Source: Camelus ferus (Eukaryota). From it: a stretch of 64,000 nt of DNA. Within the stretch, counting starts at the first letter, position 1. Each line of letters starts with the position of its first letter. Below, piece after piece: positions 51,601 through 63,794 of the stretch. The stretch lies in NCBI RefSeq assembly GCF_009834535.1, contig NC_045708.1, positions 49,538,001-49,602,000 on the forward strand. The letters run 5' to 3'. A program made the translations under genes and the position numbers. The notes beneath the pieces are model-generated. The model saw only the letters and a list, made by a program, of their open reading frames with translations. It was not told the DNA's origin and searched no databases.

Positions 51601-54600
51601 TAAGTAAGATACCAACCTGCCTGGTTGATACAGACCCCTCCAACAGTAAGAGGACTCCCTCTGCCTTACAAAGTGCACTGCTTTTGGAGGAAGGCTGTTT
51701 CATTGTAGGAAGAAATTTATTAAACCCAAATGCTGTCTCCGTATAACTTTTATTCATGTTATAGTTGTGCTCTTTGAAGGATGATAAAAGGACAAAGTCC
51801 CTCCTATTCTCAGCAGGTTTTCCATGAAGCATGAAGCTTACCGATGCCAGCTCCAAATTTGGTGTGCAGGATGTTTGTTAAGGAGTGACCTTGGGCTCGA
51901 CACCCATAGGGTAGGGTGGGCAGAGGAGAGGTTAGGCTGTTTTGCACATCCAACAACAGCCTAAGCTAATCACATGGGGAACTCTTGAGCTAGAATGACC
52001 CTTCAGGGTTGCTCTGAGTTGGGCTGAGATGGATAACCTTTATACTGTGACATCAATCAGTACCCCAGTATGGGCAGGCTAAGAAAGGGCATGACCTTGG
52101 CCAAGGTGTCTCTTTGCAGCTGAGTCGGATCCTCAAGTGTTGACAGTTGAAGGCTGTCTGCCAACAGCGCTTCTAACAGTTGGTGCAAGAAACCCTTCTG
52201 AAGACAAATCCACATGGCATATTTTGGCACCTAGGGTTACCACCTCCTTTTCCAAGTGCTTTCTGGCCATTTGTTCAAATAATTTCTTCCAGAATTTTGG
52301 GTCAATAGGAGGCAGCCATGTACTAATAGAAAGAGTGTAGCACCTGGATTCAGACAGGCAGGACACCAGGCCCAGGTCTGCCAGTTTACCTGTGTAACCT
52401 TAGGTAAGTCCCCAGATTTGTCCTAAGACTGTATTTCCTTTTCTGTAAAGTGAGGATAATAATGGTCTTTATGGAGTTTTGATGCAGACCATCGTTGGAG
52501 GATCAAATCTTCTTGGACTTTTTGTTCCCTTTGCTTAGCACAGTACATGGCACACATTAGGCACTCGGAGAGTTATTCCATAAGTGAGCGAATGAAGAGT
52601 CTAGTGACATACCTGGTGCATATGTTAGTACTTCCTGATTGTTCATTTCTTTGTTACTACTTGTATTAGCCAGGGTTCTTTAAAGAAACAACTGACAGGA
52701 GGTAGGTATATATGTGTATAGATAAACAGATGAGAGAGAGCGAGAGATGACAGATGATAAATCGATTTGTTATAAGAAATTGGCTCACATGATTATGGAG
52801 GCTGAGAAGTCCCACAATATGCTGTCTGCACACTGGAGACCCAGGAAAGCTGGAAAGATCATTCAATCTGAGTCTAAAGGCCTTGGAATCAGAAAAGCTG
52901 ATGGTGTAAATCCCAGTCTGAGGGCAGGAGAAGATGACATGAGATGTCCCAGCTCAAACAGTGAGGCAGGAGAATGGGGTGAATTCCTCCTCTCTCCACC
53001 TTTTTTTCTATTCAGTCCCTCTGTGGACTGGGTAAGGGAAAGGCAATCTACTGAGTCCACCAACTCAACTGCTAATCTCATCCAGAAGCACCCTCACAAC
53101 CCATCCAGAATAATGTTTAATCTGGGTACCTGATAGCCAATCAAGTTGACACTTAAACTAATCATCACAATAGTATGTATGTGTGTCCTTGTGTGTGTGT
53201 ATATGTATGTATTTTTCTATGTTTATATATATATATATATATTTTTTTTTTTTTAAGTCTAACTTTTGCTCCTTTAGTGAGAGTCATGGCTTTGCTTCTC
53301 CATTTCTAGTCTCCTACCCTAAAAGCATTCTGTCTTTTCATGTCCTGGATTATAATGTATCTGCATTTCAAGTCTTGAATTCAGTTAAAGAGGTTTGGGT
53401 AATCTCTTGCTTATCTTTTAAAAAAATGTATTGAAGTACAGTCAGTATTTTTTAACAGACTTTATTTTTTATTTTTTAAATTTTTGGTGGGGTGGGTAAT
53501 TAGGCTTTATTTATTTATTTAGAGGAGGTACTGGGGATTGAACCCAGGACCCCATGCATGCTAAGCCTCCGCTCTACCATTTGAGCTGTACCCTCCCACT
53601 TCTTATTTTTAGACTTTAATTTTGAACCAAGTCGGATCCACCTTTTAGAGGAACTACTTTTAAACCATTTTTTTTTTATATGGACATTTGTGATTGACAT
53701 TTCTTTAAACACAAATAGAAACTTTATACTTACCCCTGAAGGAACTGGCATATACTGGGAAGGACACTGGAATCCGATTGTCCTGAACTCAACCTCTGCT
53801 AACGGTACCACTTAGGCAAGTTTCTTAAGCCTAAGATACTGAGTCTCAGTTTCTTCATCTCTAAAATGAGAATAATGAACACCTACCTTACATGATAGTT
53901 GTTGGGATGTCCACCTTTTTCTGCTAATAAAATGTAAAGCTCTTTCCCTTAAAGGAGGAGATGGAAACAGAGACGTGTTCCACTATTTGCTTGCACTCAT
54001 TATAGATACTACGTTTAGAGATTATTTTATTGTTGTTGTTAGAATTGTCTGCAGAGCCTGGGGTACATTTTTAAGAAGTTCATTAATGGTGATAAATCAG
54101 GTAACCCAAACAGCCAAGAGTCACGTAGGGCCAGGACTAGTAATTGTTTTGAGTAGCAAACTAGGAAAATGTGTACTTAAAATAACTTGTTTTGTGGTTC
54201 CTGTGGACCGGTCTTGAAGCTCTTTCCAGAACTCTTTCCATTCCTAAACTGTTTTAACATCAAAATCCCCTGAATGAGTAAGATGCTTCCTCCAGAGACC
54301 GCACTGAAGGCTGACATTCACAGTGGGATCCTCTACTGTGTATCTCCGCCAAATTTATTTCATGGAGAGAGGACATCGTTTCCCACCCCTCTTCCAATGA
54401 ATTCACCAGATATTTGGTAAATAACTTCTACGTAGCAGGCACTGAGAGCTAATATCAGAAATACAGGACAGAATGGGTCCAACCCTCTGGCTAACATTCT
54501 AACTACACATTTATCAGAAAACAACGTAGCACTAATGTCGCTAGCAGCGCAGAGAGGCTGAACTTCCCCTCATGGTCCAAACGCCTGCCTGTCTCCTATT

Positions 54601-57600
54601 CAGTTTCCTGACTGAAGGGACCCTCTGCAGTCAGCTTCCCCTGTGGCTCCCAATGCACAGTCTCTTGCTTCCTCACACCTCACAGGATCTGAGAGGGAGA
54701 CATTCATTTCGTACAAAACCCACAGGGGCACACATCTTTTCAGCCATGTGCTTTGCTTACTAGGTACGTTGAAGCCTCTGGCTCCCGCAGCTTTCATGGA
54801 ATCAAGAAGACAAATGCTACATTGTAGTTCTTAGCACAGTATCATCTTTTCCTCTTGTGAGCTGCCACTGATTCCTTTCCTTTTGTTCTTCGGTGAACCA
54901 AGAATCACTGCTGACTTACCTTGAGCAATTGTCTTTAACTATAAGCATTCATTTCTGTACTGACTACAGATTTTTGCTCTGGAATAAGTCAAAACTAAGT
55001 TTGCGTTCTGGCTCTGCACTCATTATCCATATGACCCTGGGTAAGTTACATAAACCTTTAAGCCCCAGTCCAGGCTTAATCAAATGTAAGATCATTTTAA
55101 TAATACTATCCACCTCGTAGGATCCTTGAAAGAATTAAGGAAGTAGTGCGTGTAAAGTACTCAGTACTTTGTAAGTAGATTTATGTATGTAAAGCCCAAA
55201 GGAGTTGCTTGGTAAATGATAGCAATTATTAATCAGAACAATAGAGTGTGTCTCATGGTGACTACTTGTAAACATCCTCTAAGGTCACGGACCACTTAGA
55301 GAACTTATGATGGTGATGGTGTTGGTGGTTGGCAGTTGTGAAAGTCTGAGTGCTGACTGTGTGTCAGATGCTTCACATGTATTAATTCACTTATCCCCAC
55401 AACAACCCAATAGGTATGATTATTACCCTCATTTTACAGATAGGAAAACTGAGGCATAAAAGAATTAATCAGCTAATCCAAGACGTCACGGTTAAGTCAG
55501 TGAAGTTGCTCAGATTTAAACTCAGAAGTTCTGGCTTCTAATTCAGAACTCTGAACCACTGTGCTGTACCACTTTTGATAACAGCTATTGGTTCTCTTCC
55601 CAGAAAACTAAATTAAAAGCTCGCTAATCATCTCAAACATTTTACAAATAATTTCTGAGTACTCACGACCCCTTTGAAGACCATCACTTTGATGGTGCCT
55701 GGGACCCCGCCGTGGGGCCTGCTCCATGCCTTCTTCCACATGGCGGGAGGGCGAGGCTGAGCTGACAGGTCAGGCAGGCTGCCTTGCTGCTGTGTCTGCT
55801 TTGCTTTAGTTGTTAAGGGATGACACCTTGTCTTTCTATGACTCATCTATTTCGGTTCCCTCTGATCAATCAGTCAATCAGTCAGCAAGGATTTTTTATG
55901 GCGACGGTTCATGATAACTAGTGGTTTATGTTTTCTAACCACTGTCACGACCAGAAAGATGAAATGAGCAGGTACACCACTAAGCAGACAGGGAGGTGGT
56001 GATCGCCCTGTTTTACAGAAGGAATCAACTCAGAAAGATCAAGAGGCAGCTGAAGGTTCAGGGGCCCGGACTAAAACTCCAGCATCTGCCTCTTTTCTGT
56101 GAAGTTAAAACCACAGTGTATTTTCTCACCTACGTTGAATCAGGGTCTACTATTCAGTTATCTTTCTATCCCTCTCAGCTTTAATGCCCTGCTGTGAATT
56201 CTGGCCCAAGAATCTCTGTGGGAAGCTCTCTGTTTTAGGGGCAGGTTGAGTGTGCAGCGAGAGGACCAAGAAAGAGCACTTCCTTGAAGCACACTGGTTA
56301 AGGAGGAAGCACACAGGCCTTTGAGTCTGTATCTTATTGTCTGCGTGTCCATGTGCAAACTCCTTAACTCAGAGCCTCGGATCCCAAGTCTGTAAAATGG
56401 GAATAATGATCCTACCTTCTCAGGAATGATGTAAAGATGGCAGGAGATAATGTTGCAAAATGCCTGCTTCAGTGTCTGTCACTGAGGAAGGGGCTCGACA
56501 AGCATCTGTTCCTTTTGAGCTCCATTTCCCTCTTCCCTAACTTCAGAGACTTGTGGGAAGCAGAAAGAAAATAAAAATAGCGAGGGAGGACTTGAGCAAA
56601 GTCGAGGAAAAGAGGGCTGAGCAAAATGAGCGAGTAGGAGTTGACCTACCCTGGCATGTGTGCTCATGCCTCCTCCCTTTCCCCTGCAAAATTCAGTGAT
56701 ACCAGGAGTTAAAGAATTTGACATAGAGTTATGAAGGAGCAATTAGTTTAATCTTGTTCCTGGAGATGTGCTATCCACAACGGAGTTATTTAATCAAAAT
56801 ATAAGGGGAGGGGGAGATAGCTTTCAACTGAGGACGATCTGGTGCTGTTTGTCTATTCCAGGTGGCNNNNNNNNNNNNNNNNNNNNNNNNNNNNNNNNNN
56901 NNNNNNNNNNNNNNNNNNNNNNNNNNNNNNNNNNNNNNNNNNNNNNNNNNNNNNNNNNNNNNNNNNNNNNNNNNNNNNNNNNNNNNNNNNNNNNNNNNNN
57001 NNNNNNGTCATCAGTGGGGGAGGAGAGCTTCAGTCTCCTACACGCTGGCATTTGCTCCCAGCAGAAACTCTGCACGGTGCAAGGGGAGGCTAAAGATGGC
57101 ATGCATTCTGATGCTAAGTGTTCAGCCCAGACCTCCTGTGCAGCGAGCTGGAGGGAAGAGGCTCAGTCTGGGTTCTGCCCATCAAGGAGACTTCGTAGGG
57201 CAAACATGATTTGGGTTGGGTCTAGACCAGGAATATCAAGCATGGAGCACGGAAACTGCCACTCCCCATCCAGACCTTCAGTAGACATTGCAACTGGGTC
57301 CCACATCCCAGATGCAGTCTGAGAAGCCCCCTCCAGACACAGCTGCAAGCAGCCTGGCCAGAACCACCTAGGAGTGGCATGTGAGATGTACCTCTTTTTC
57401 TCCAGGCCTTAGAGAGAAAAATAGATGGGGAAATGGGTGGGATCTAACTGTCTCAAAATACATTCTTCTCTTTCTTACATTATAATAAGCTATGGACCAT
57501 CTGCAGAAGAGTTTCTTTCATATCTGAATGTTTGTTCTTTCTTTCATTACTAATTACTTTTCCTAGAGAATTCTCTGTTGCTTCCATTTCCTGATCTTTA

Positions 57601-60600
57601 AATAAAAATACCATTTTTTCAAACCCTTATGCCCCCACCCATGGTAGTAAGAAGAAATCTCTGAGCTGTGGTATGTTTCGATCTCCTTGCAAAATGAGCA
57701 AAAAATGAGTTCAATCTGGATTGCCTTTGTCATTATTTCTCCAATTAATGTTGGTTGTACCCTCTGAATACAGGGTATTTTGCTTCCCTTCGTGAGGTAT
57801 AAGAGAATTTCCTTGCATGACTCTAAATTCTTTCATTGTGTTCTACTATCTCAGACCACCTGATCTGATTGGGCGTTCCAGAAACATGAACGACAGGGTC
57901 AGAGATCTTAAACCCTCAATTTCTGTTATTCACTTAAAATCTAATTGAATGAGACAATATACCCACAATATTGACGCATAAAAATGTTTGGGTGTCCTCA
58001 ACTAGAGGTAGCAAATTCTTGAATTATATGCTTTTAATTACAATGCTAATTATCAAAAAAGCTAGCTTTTATATCTTCAAGTTCTTCTGTCTTGATTGTG
58101 TTAGTCCTACTGGTATGGAGTTGAATTTAAAACCATTTTTCTTAGCTAATGGTGTAATCAGGGTAGAATGGGCCCTGTAAAGAAGCAATCATTTTGGAAA
58201 ATAAGTTTGTAACAGAAGAAGAACTTGTGAATAATTCAGTAAGCGTTGGGTTTATAAAAATTAATCCTGCACCCAGAAGTTATAGGTTCTTAGTCCTTCT
58301 TTAATGGGGCCTTTCCTCAAGAGTCTATGACACTGAGTAACGTGCAGTAGGTACTTAGAAGATACTTGTTCGTTGACTGGACAGATGGATGCTTGTCCCT
58401 GTGGGAAATTATACAGAACTTGATGTTTCACTGTGATATAATGAAACCTATCTCTCTCACATTATTTTATAAAGACAGCAAATTTTTTATCTTTTCTCCT
58501 TCAATTCAACCAAGTGTTTCTCCATTATTGAATGGATGAACAATATGAACACTAACTCTGTTTATTCTCTTACAGGAGTTATTTGTAAGTTCTTTTCTAA
58601 AGCTTATTAATGTGTTCTTATTTTCTGTGGGTGCTAATTTCCTCTCATAATTCTGTTCCCCAAATCCCGTACATTCTAATGAGGTGCCTGTTTTCTCATC
58701 TCAAGTCTCAGATTTCAGTCACTTCGTGGTCCCTGACCTTGAGAATAAAGGATAGATACTTTATTACCTTTTTTATACCATTTATTTTTATACTAAAGGG
58801 TTTCTATAAATATACAAATAATAGTGTAAAAATAACTGTAACAGTATGAAAAAACATCTATCCTATTGTTCTTTGAAGGAGAATTTTTTTAGTGCTAGAA
58901 ATAATCTACAGCAATGAATGTACTTCTTAATTGTTTTAGAAAAAAATCTTAGAGTGTGAATCACTCATATTAATGATGTCAGGAAATGCTTCCTCAGACG
59001 TGGAGTGGTGGGAGGGGGGATTTCATTTCTAAACAGAATGAAGGTGAGATTTCCTTCTGTCTCTTATATTGTCTGAAGGACAGTCACTAACTGCCCATGG
59101 ACCTTAGGAACTATTGCTTCAAATCAGCCACCCGCACAGCAGTGGTACAGAGCCATGCATGCCGGGCTGAGCTAATTGTCCTGAAGTGGCTGGCACAGAG
59201 GGAAGGCAAGATGGACTGCTCTCATTCTGTTTTGCCCCGCCGAAACTCCCTTTCTACCTCCTAGCCCATTGGAAGCCCAACTTTATTTTATTTTATTATT
59301 TTATTTTTAACATGGTACATGGGGAATCAAAATAAGCTTCCAAAGAGTAATGAAAAACAACAACATATGTCCCCTCCAGGTGTTTTCTGGTCTTGTTTCA
59401 TCTGTTTCATCAATGCCTCTTCTCAACAACCAACAGTGACTAAATGTCCACGCTGAGGACTCCTGATAAGTAACAGTCATGAGCCACGCTGAAGCAGAGG
59501 GAAACCGGTCTCCACAGTGGCCTCTGAGAGCCTCGTGGTGGGGACACCCCCAACCCCAGACTAACACCTGCCACCCTTCCTTCTCACTCCATTCCCTCCC
59601 TCTCCTCGGCATTCCCTCTTCCCCTAGGGTGGCACTGCGACCTCCCTCTCAACTTCAGGTGCTTCGTCAAGTCCCCTTCTCAGTGAGCCCTCCCCTGACC
59701 ACCTTATTTAAAGTCACAAAGCTCTCTTTCTTGGCATTCCCAAACCCCCTGTATTTGCTCTACTTTTTAAAATTGCATATATCATCTTCTAAAATACTAA
59801 ATACTTTGCTTTTTTATTATATTTATTATTTATAATCTATCTCCTCCCTGTCCCCACAAAAGCTCATTGAGCAGTTTTGTCTGTTGCTCCTATTGCTTTG
59901 CTCACTAATGTACCGAGAACAGTGTCTGGTCCTAATTAGGTGCCCAATGAATACTCATTAATGGTTTAATAAATGACTAAATCATCCTTTTGCTCCTTGT
60001 GAATACCTGACTAGTCAGACATAACTGATAGGAAGGAGTTACATCAATAAGAAAATCTCATTTGTTAAAATATAAAGACTCAAAATATAGCCATCCTATT
60101 TTTAAGGTTAAACAATTGTAGACTCTTAAAAAGCTTGGAAATTAGATCTGGCTTTTTGTGTCTTGATCCCACTCTATAAAACTTGATGCCAAAAATTCCC
60201 ATGGCAACTCAGTTCCTCATTAAGAGGACGGGGGTATATTTAGAGCACAAAATCTCCATGGAAGGATCATTGAAATTGTGGTGTATATTTTCTCTATTCA
60301 CCTCTGTTAGCTTTAGCTCTGGGTCTTAAACAGAATTCAATCTTAAATGCTGCTGATCTCCAGCCCTTCATGCAGAAAGGAAGGCTTCGACAAGACCTAA
60401 CTTGAATGACTGCTTGCGTTAAAAAGCGATTTGGGATAATGCAGCCAGAGAGAGATTTTCCATTTGCAGAGGGTAGGGGTCTCTGGGCTCCTTGGAAAGC
60501 CGTTGATCATAAGGCTGAGCTACCTTTCAACAAGGCTTGCAAATTAGAGAATTATGTTGCTCAGACCATCAGACAGGAACATCCCTGCACTTAGAGACAA

Positions 60601-63600
60601 TTCACTGGTTATATTTTACATGTATGTAAATTCAACCCAAATTGTTTCTGTGAACACGAGTACCTGGAGGTATAAAGCTCTTTTTCTGTCCTTTTATTAT
60701 CTTTTCCATAATTAAAAATAACTCTGATGCGATTAGCTCTTTTTCAATCAAGAAATATCTTTGTTTTCCCCAAAAGAGAATTGTCTTGTCATGTTTTTTT
60801 CTTTGTTCAACATTCTGAAGAAACTCCCAAGAGGTCATCGCCTAGGTGTTGATAGCTGCTAACAATTACAACATGTTGAGTAAAGATGGTTTAATCATCA
60901 TAGAGCCTGGAGTAGGAGTGAGGGGTGAGCCCTTATCATCTGTGTGTTCATGTTTATTCCTCTAATTCTAATTTAATCAAATGCATTTCATTCTAGAAAA
61001 AGGCTGAGAAATTTACCTTACAATCAGAGTTTAATTCCAAGATCTGAAATCATGCCTAGAAACACAAGCTTACTTGCTGAAAAGCTCATTCTGAGACCTG
61101 CGATGATAGACAGGCGTGATCTATTAAACTCCTTCCTTTGGAAAAATCCAAGATTATCTTCCAGGCTCTGTGATCTGTTAGCTTTTAGCTCTGTCATTTC
61201 TAAATCCCAGTGCTCATAAGGGCTTGAAACTGGATTCAGTCTGTTTAGGGGAATTGGGCTCTGCCACGCGCCCACCCCAACCCAGCTCCCTGGAGTTAGA
61301 CAAGCGGGGATCCAGTCCCAGCTCTGAATCTTTGTAACCAGGTGACCTTGGAACTCATCCAAGCCTCCTTTTCCTCCTTAGTAAGCTGGAGATAATGACA
61401 CCAACCTCATGAGGTAAAACAGTAATAGTAAAATTCTCAGCAAACGTTAGCCGTCACTGCCATCCACATTTTTAATTTTCACAACAGTTCTACAAGGCAG
61501 CAGTCTTCCCTGCTTTGCAAACTATGGGATTGAGGAACAGTGTAACTTGCTCAAAAGCATCCAGAAAATAAGGGGTTAAGCTAATTTGCATATGTAAAAA
61601 CTCATGCACTTCCTTCCATGACAACTCCTTTGAAGCTATTTAACCCCAAAATTCTTTTGTTTGTAAATTAAGGACTTGGACCTTAAATTTTTTCATTTCT
61701 CTGTGCTATTTATTAGGGTCTAGTCTGAAAGCAGCACCAAGGCTGTGGGTCCTATCTTGAGCCTCAGTTATTCTGAAGTAGTCATTTTTTTGCTATAGGA
61801 GAACATTCCACCCTGGAGATCTGATCACATAGCTCTACACTAATGTTTGTGCAAAACAGTGCCACTTCCTTGGAGCCTTTGTAACATCTATTAGCGCCTG
61901 AGTTCACTAACGGGCAGAGAGATCGACAGTTAAATAGGAGCTCAGTGATACATTCACAGGAGCTGGTAAAGGAACCACTACCACTGGGGCCATGTCCCTC
62001 AGGCTGTATACAGTTCAGCCTTATTGCAGAGACCAGTTCATCTTTCTATATTTTAAAAGACACTGTGCTTCAAACATTTGTATCATGTTTTAATGACCAT
62101 AAAAAGAAAATTCAAAAACATGCTCTGAGTGCCTACTGTGTGCCTCGCACTAGGCTGGGGCTCAGCGAATCCATGCATAACCATTACTTGAGAACGGATA
62201 ATGAAACAGAGACACCTAAATAACACAGAACAAAATAAGAACTGCAAAAAATATACTAGCAACGTGTGCCTTTGTTTTCTCTGAGGCTAGAGATGCCAGG
62301 GAATGATTTATTCTGACTGGAAAGCTTGGAAAAGGCATCATGGAGGAAATGTTAATGGCCTTGAAGAATAAGTGAGATAGTAATGAAGGGAGAGGGGGAA
62401 GCATTGAAGGCTGAAGAAGCAGCTTGAGCAGAAGGCAGGGACACATATGAGTGGACTGCACCTTTGGGAGACACGAAGGAGGGTCTGCAGCTAAGTGTAG
62501 GCTTCATGTAGACAACAGTGCAAGATGAGGGAAGCCAGAGCCTATTATGAAGGCATTAAAAGACAGAATGAAGCTTGCATTCTATTTTCTGAATAATGGG
62601 TTTTCAATGGGCAGAGTAATACATTCACATCAGTATTTTTGTAAAATAATTCTAAGGGTAGTACGAAGGATGGATTCAGGAGATAAAATACGGAGGAGGC
62701 TGAAGGAGTGCATACTACTGTAAGCAAGAAATGAAATGAAATTCAGACAGTTGCTGAGGAAATAAAAGAGCACTCCCAGGGGCCAGGGGCCACTCACCAG
62801 GAAAATAATTTGTAATTGCCCATGGAGAGTGAGGGCAAGTGAAAAATGGGAAGAGAAGTGACAGTTTGAGCCAGGGTATCTTGGGAGAAGATAATAGATG
62901 CCAGTTTTCCCTGATAAGATTGGAAATTTTGGAAAATCTGCAACACATTCGTGGAATTTTCCAATTCCTTTCAATATTACAAAGCATAATCTTCTATTTT
63001 CAAAGTACAAATCTACTTGATAAAAGTCAACCATTCAAAAGCGAGCTTAGAATGTACTCAAATGGAGGCCACACCTATGCCCTTTATAACTTGAATTTGT
63101 AGAGGATGCAAAACTACTTCAACGCATCTTAGCTTTCCAGCTGGGACTCTTTAGCAAAAAGATTAATAACAGAAAAATGAACATAAGTCTATTAACATGT
63201 CTGTTTCACGTATACCGGGCCGATACTCAGGAAAAATGAGTAACTCAAAGAAGTGGCTTCAGAATTTACGATTGAACACCATCTTCACAGGGATGGAGGC
63301 TTCTTAGGGGAGAGTAAATGATTTTTAAGGAACATGAATGGGCCCTTAGAAGCATAGATGAGAAGTATGATAGTTTGTGATAAAGTTTCTCTGAATATGG
63401 TGTCAACTTCTGGTCTCCTGTCCTCTGATGAGTCAGTCCTGCTTGGTTGATGAAACTGTTCAGAATATTGATTTCCTTTTGGAAGATGTATCTTTAGGCA
63501 GATTATGGGAGTTCAGAGAAAGCCTCTCCTTGCATTTGCTCTTTTCATGTGCCTACAGCTCAAAACATTCAGTATGGCAAAGTGGCATATTTGGGGGTGG

Positions 63601-63794
63601 TATAAAGCCAGCAGCCGGGAAATGGCCGGATCAGACACCCACAGGAAGCATTTATAAGAGCAATGCCGTGGAGAGCTGCTTTAAGGAAGGTTACTCTGAA
63701 TGTTGAGTTGTATCTTCTTGAATATACCTTTCATCGCTTTCATTGTCTCTTTATTTTTTCCTCCCCATGCCTGCACTTTTAGAGGAAAAGTCCG
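33586..63794 (+). CDS. SGIP1: SGIP1 partial spliced CDS, join(33586-33649,38649-38673,41641-41712,45405-45461,46873-46927,47563-47738,63783-63794); approx. codons 4-157
   Basis: Exons join in one open frame with consistent phases. The translation matches the SGIP1 N-terminus as I recall it ([33 protein letters not shown]...[55 protein letters not shown]...SPSPVRKSP). Exon 1 and the downstream exons are outside the window. Confidence 0.97.
38270..38380 (+). mobile_element. Short L1 3' tail (cetartiodactyl-type)
   Basis: gaatcactttgctgtacacctgaaactaacaccactttgtaaactaactatacgtcaattt followed by an A-rich end. Confidence 0.8.
38649..38673 (+). CDS. SGIP1: SGIP1 exon 3 (25 nt): (T)GSPDRDGI
   Basis: Acceptor tttctttttgttacag|A and donor GGAATT|gtaagt; phase 2 to phase 0 fits exon 2. 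Confidence 0.96.
39604..39783. other. Assembly gap (180 N) in SGIP1 intron 3
   Basis: Run of N. Confidence 1.
41641..41712 (+). CDS. SGIP1: SGIP1 exon 4 (72 nt): [24 protein letters not shown]
   Basis: Acceptor ttccag|CAGCCC (NAGNAG) and donor GTTTCG|gtaagg; symmetric phase 0-0 exon. Confidence 0.95.
42188..42352 (-). mobile_element. MER3-like hAT-Charlie element
   Basis: tccaatatggtagcca ... gccacatttcaagt ... tagtggctaccatgttggacagc ... tatagaatgtt ... gttctgttgggcag. Confidence 0.8.
45405..45461 (+). CDS. SGIP1: SGIP1 exon 5 (57 nt): [19 protein letters not shown]
   Basis: Acceptor tttattacag|AAG and donor GATAC|gtaagt. Confidence 0.97.
45907..46075 (-). mobile_element. MLT1 (ERVL-MaLR) LTR fragment
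   Basis: tggcttataaacaacaaacatttatttctaacagttctggagtctgggaagtccaagatcatgg. Confidence 0.85.
46873..46927 (+). CDS. SGIP1: SGIP1 exon 6 (55 nt): [18 protein letters not shown](S)
   Basis: Acceptor tgtattttatag|AAC; ends at the U12 donor GGCT|atatccttt. Contains the DEEGYS motif (AP2-activating region shared with FCHO1/2). Confidence 0.96.
46928..47562 (+). other. SGIP1: U12-type (minor spliceosome) AT-AC intron, 635 nt
   Basis: 5' site ATATCCTTT, branch site TCTTTAAC at 47545-47552 and terminal AC at 47561-47562. This junction restores the PGSTKGK frame. Confidence 0.95.
47563..47738 (+). CDS. SGIP1: SGIP1 exon 7 (176 nt): (S)[58 protein letters not shown]
   Basis: Begins after ttctac| and ends CCAGTG|gtgagt; open frame throughout. 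Confidence 0.97.
50163..50321 (-). mobile_element. Camelid tRNA-derived SINE (vic-1-like), antisense to SGIP1
   Basis: gaacccaggacctcatgcatgctaagcac...ccactgagctataccctccc; TSD ttatggtgaattt / ttatgttgaattt. Confidence 0.9.
50910..51325. mobile_element. Old MLT1 (J/K-like) LTR
   Basis: cccattggccataacttagtcacatggcc ... ctgggaaatgtagtcttt. Confidence 0.7.
52662..53169 (-). mobile_element. MLT2 (ERVL) solo LTR
   Basis: tgtattag...gggttct start, aattggctcacatgattatggaggctgagaagtccca, caatcaagttgacac...atcaca end. Confidence 0.88.
53463..53598 (-). mobile_element. Camelid tRNA-derived SINE (vic-1-like)
   Basis: ggtactggggattgaacccaggaccccatgcatgctaagc...tgagctgtaccctccc. Confidence 0.9.
56867..57006. 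other. Assembly gap (140 N)
   Basis: Run of N. Confidence 1.
58576..58584 (+). CDS. SGIP1: Candidate 9-nt cassette microexon (GAGTTATTT = ELF)
   Basis: ACTAAC branch at 58551-58556, pyrimidine tract tctgtttattctcttacag and donor gtaagt; in frame in a phase-0 intron. No transcript evidence is available. Confidence 0.45.
59560..59950 (+). mobile_element. L2 3' end
   Basis: ctcccctgaccaccttatttaaagt ... gaacagtgtctgg ... gtgcccaatgaatact. Confidence 0.75.
62120..62900 (-). mobile_element. L2 fragment
   Basis: tgagtgcctactgtgtgcc ... ggaaaaggcatcatggagga ... ttgcattctattttctgaataatggg. Confidence 0.7.
63150..63610 (-). mobile_element. ERV1 (MER4-group-like) LTR fragment
   Basis: tctttaggcagattatgggagttcagagaaagcctctccttgcatttgct ... 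cagctcaaaa ... caaagtggcatatttggggtgg. Confidence 0.7.
63783..63794 (+). CDS. SGIP1: SGIP1 exon 8, 12-nt microexon RKSP
   Basis: cctgcacttttag|AGGAAAAGTCCG|gtaaga; continues SPSPV-RKSP as in SGIP1. Confidence 0.92.

Noticed and set aside
621-63706. Remaining short ORFs in the six-frame track
   Set aside because: They fall in L1, L2, MIR or LTR relics, microsatellites or N gaps, or overlap real exons in the wrong frame (e.g. 47437-47697). None resembles a known protein.
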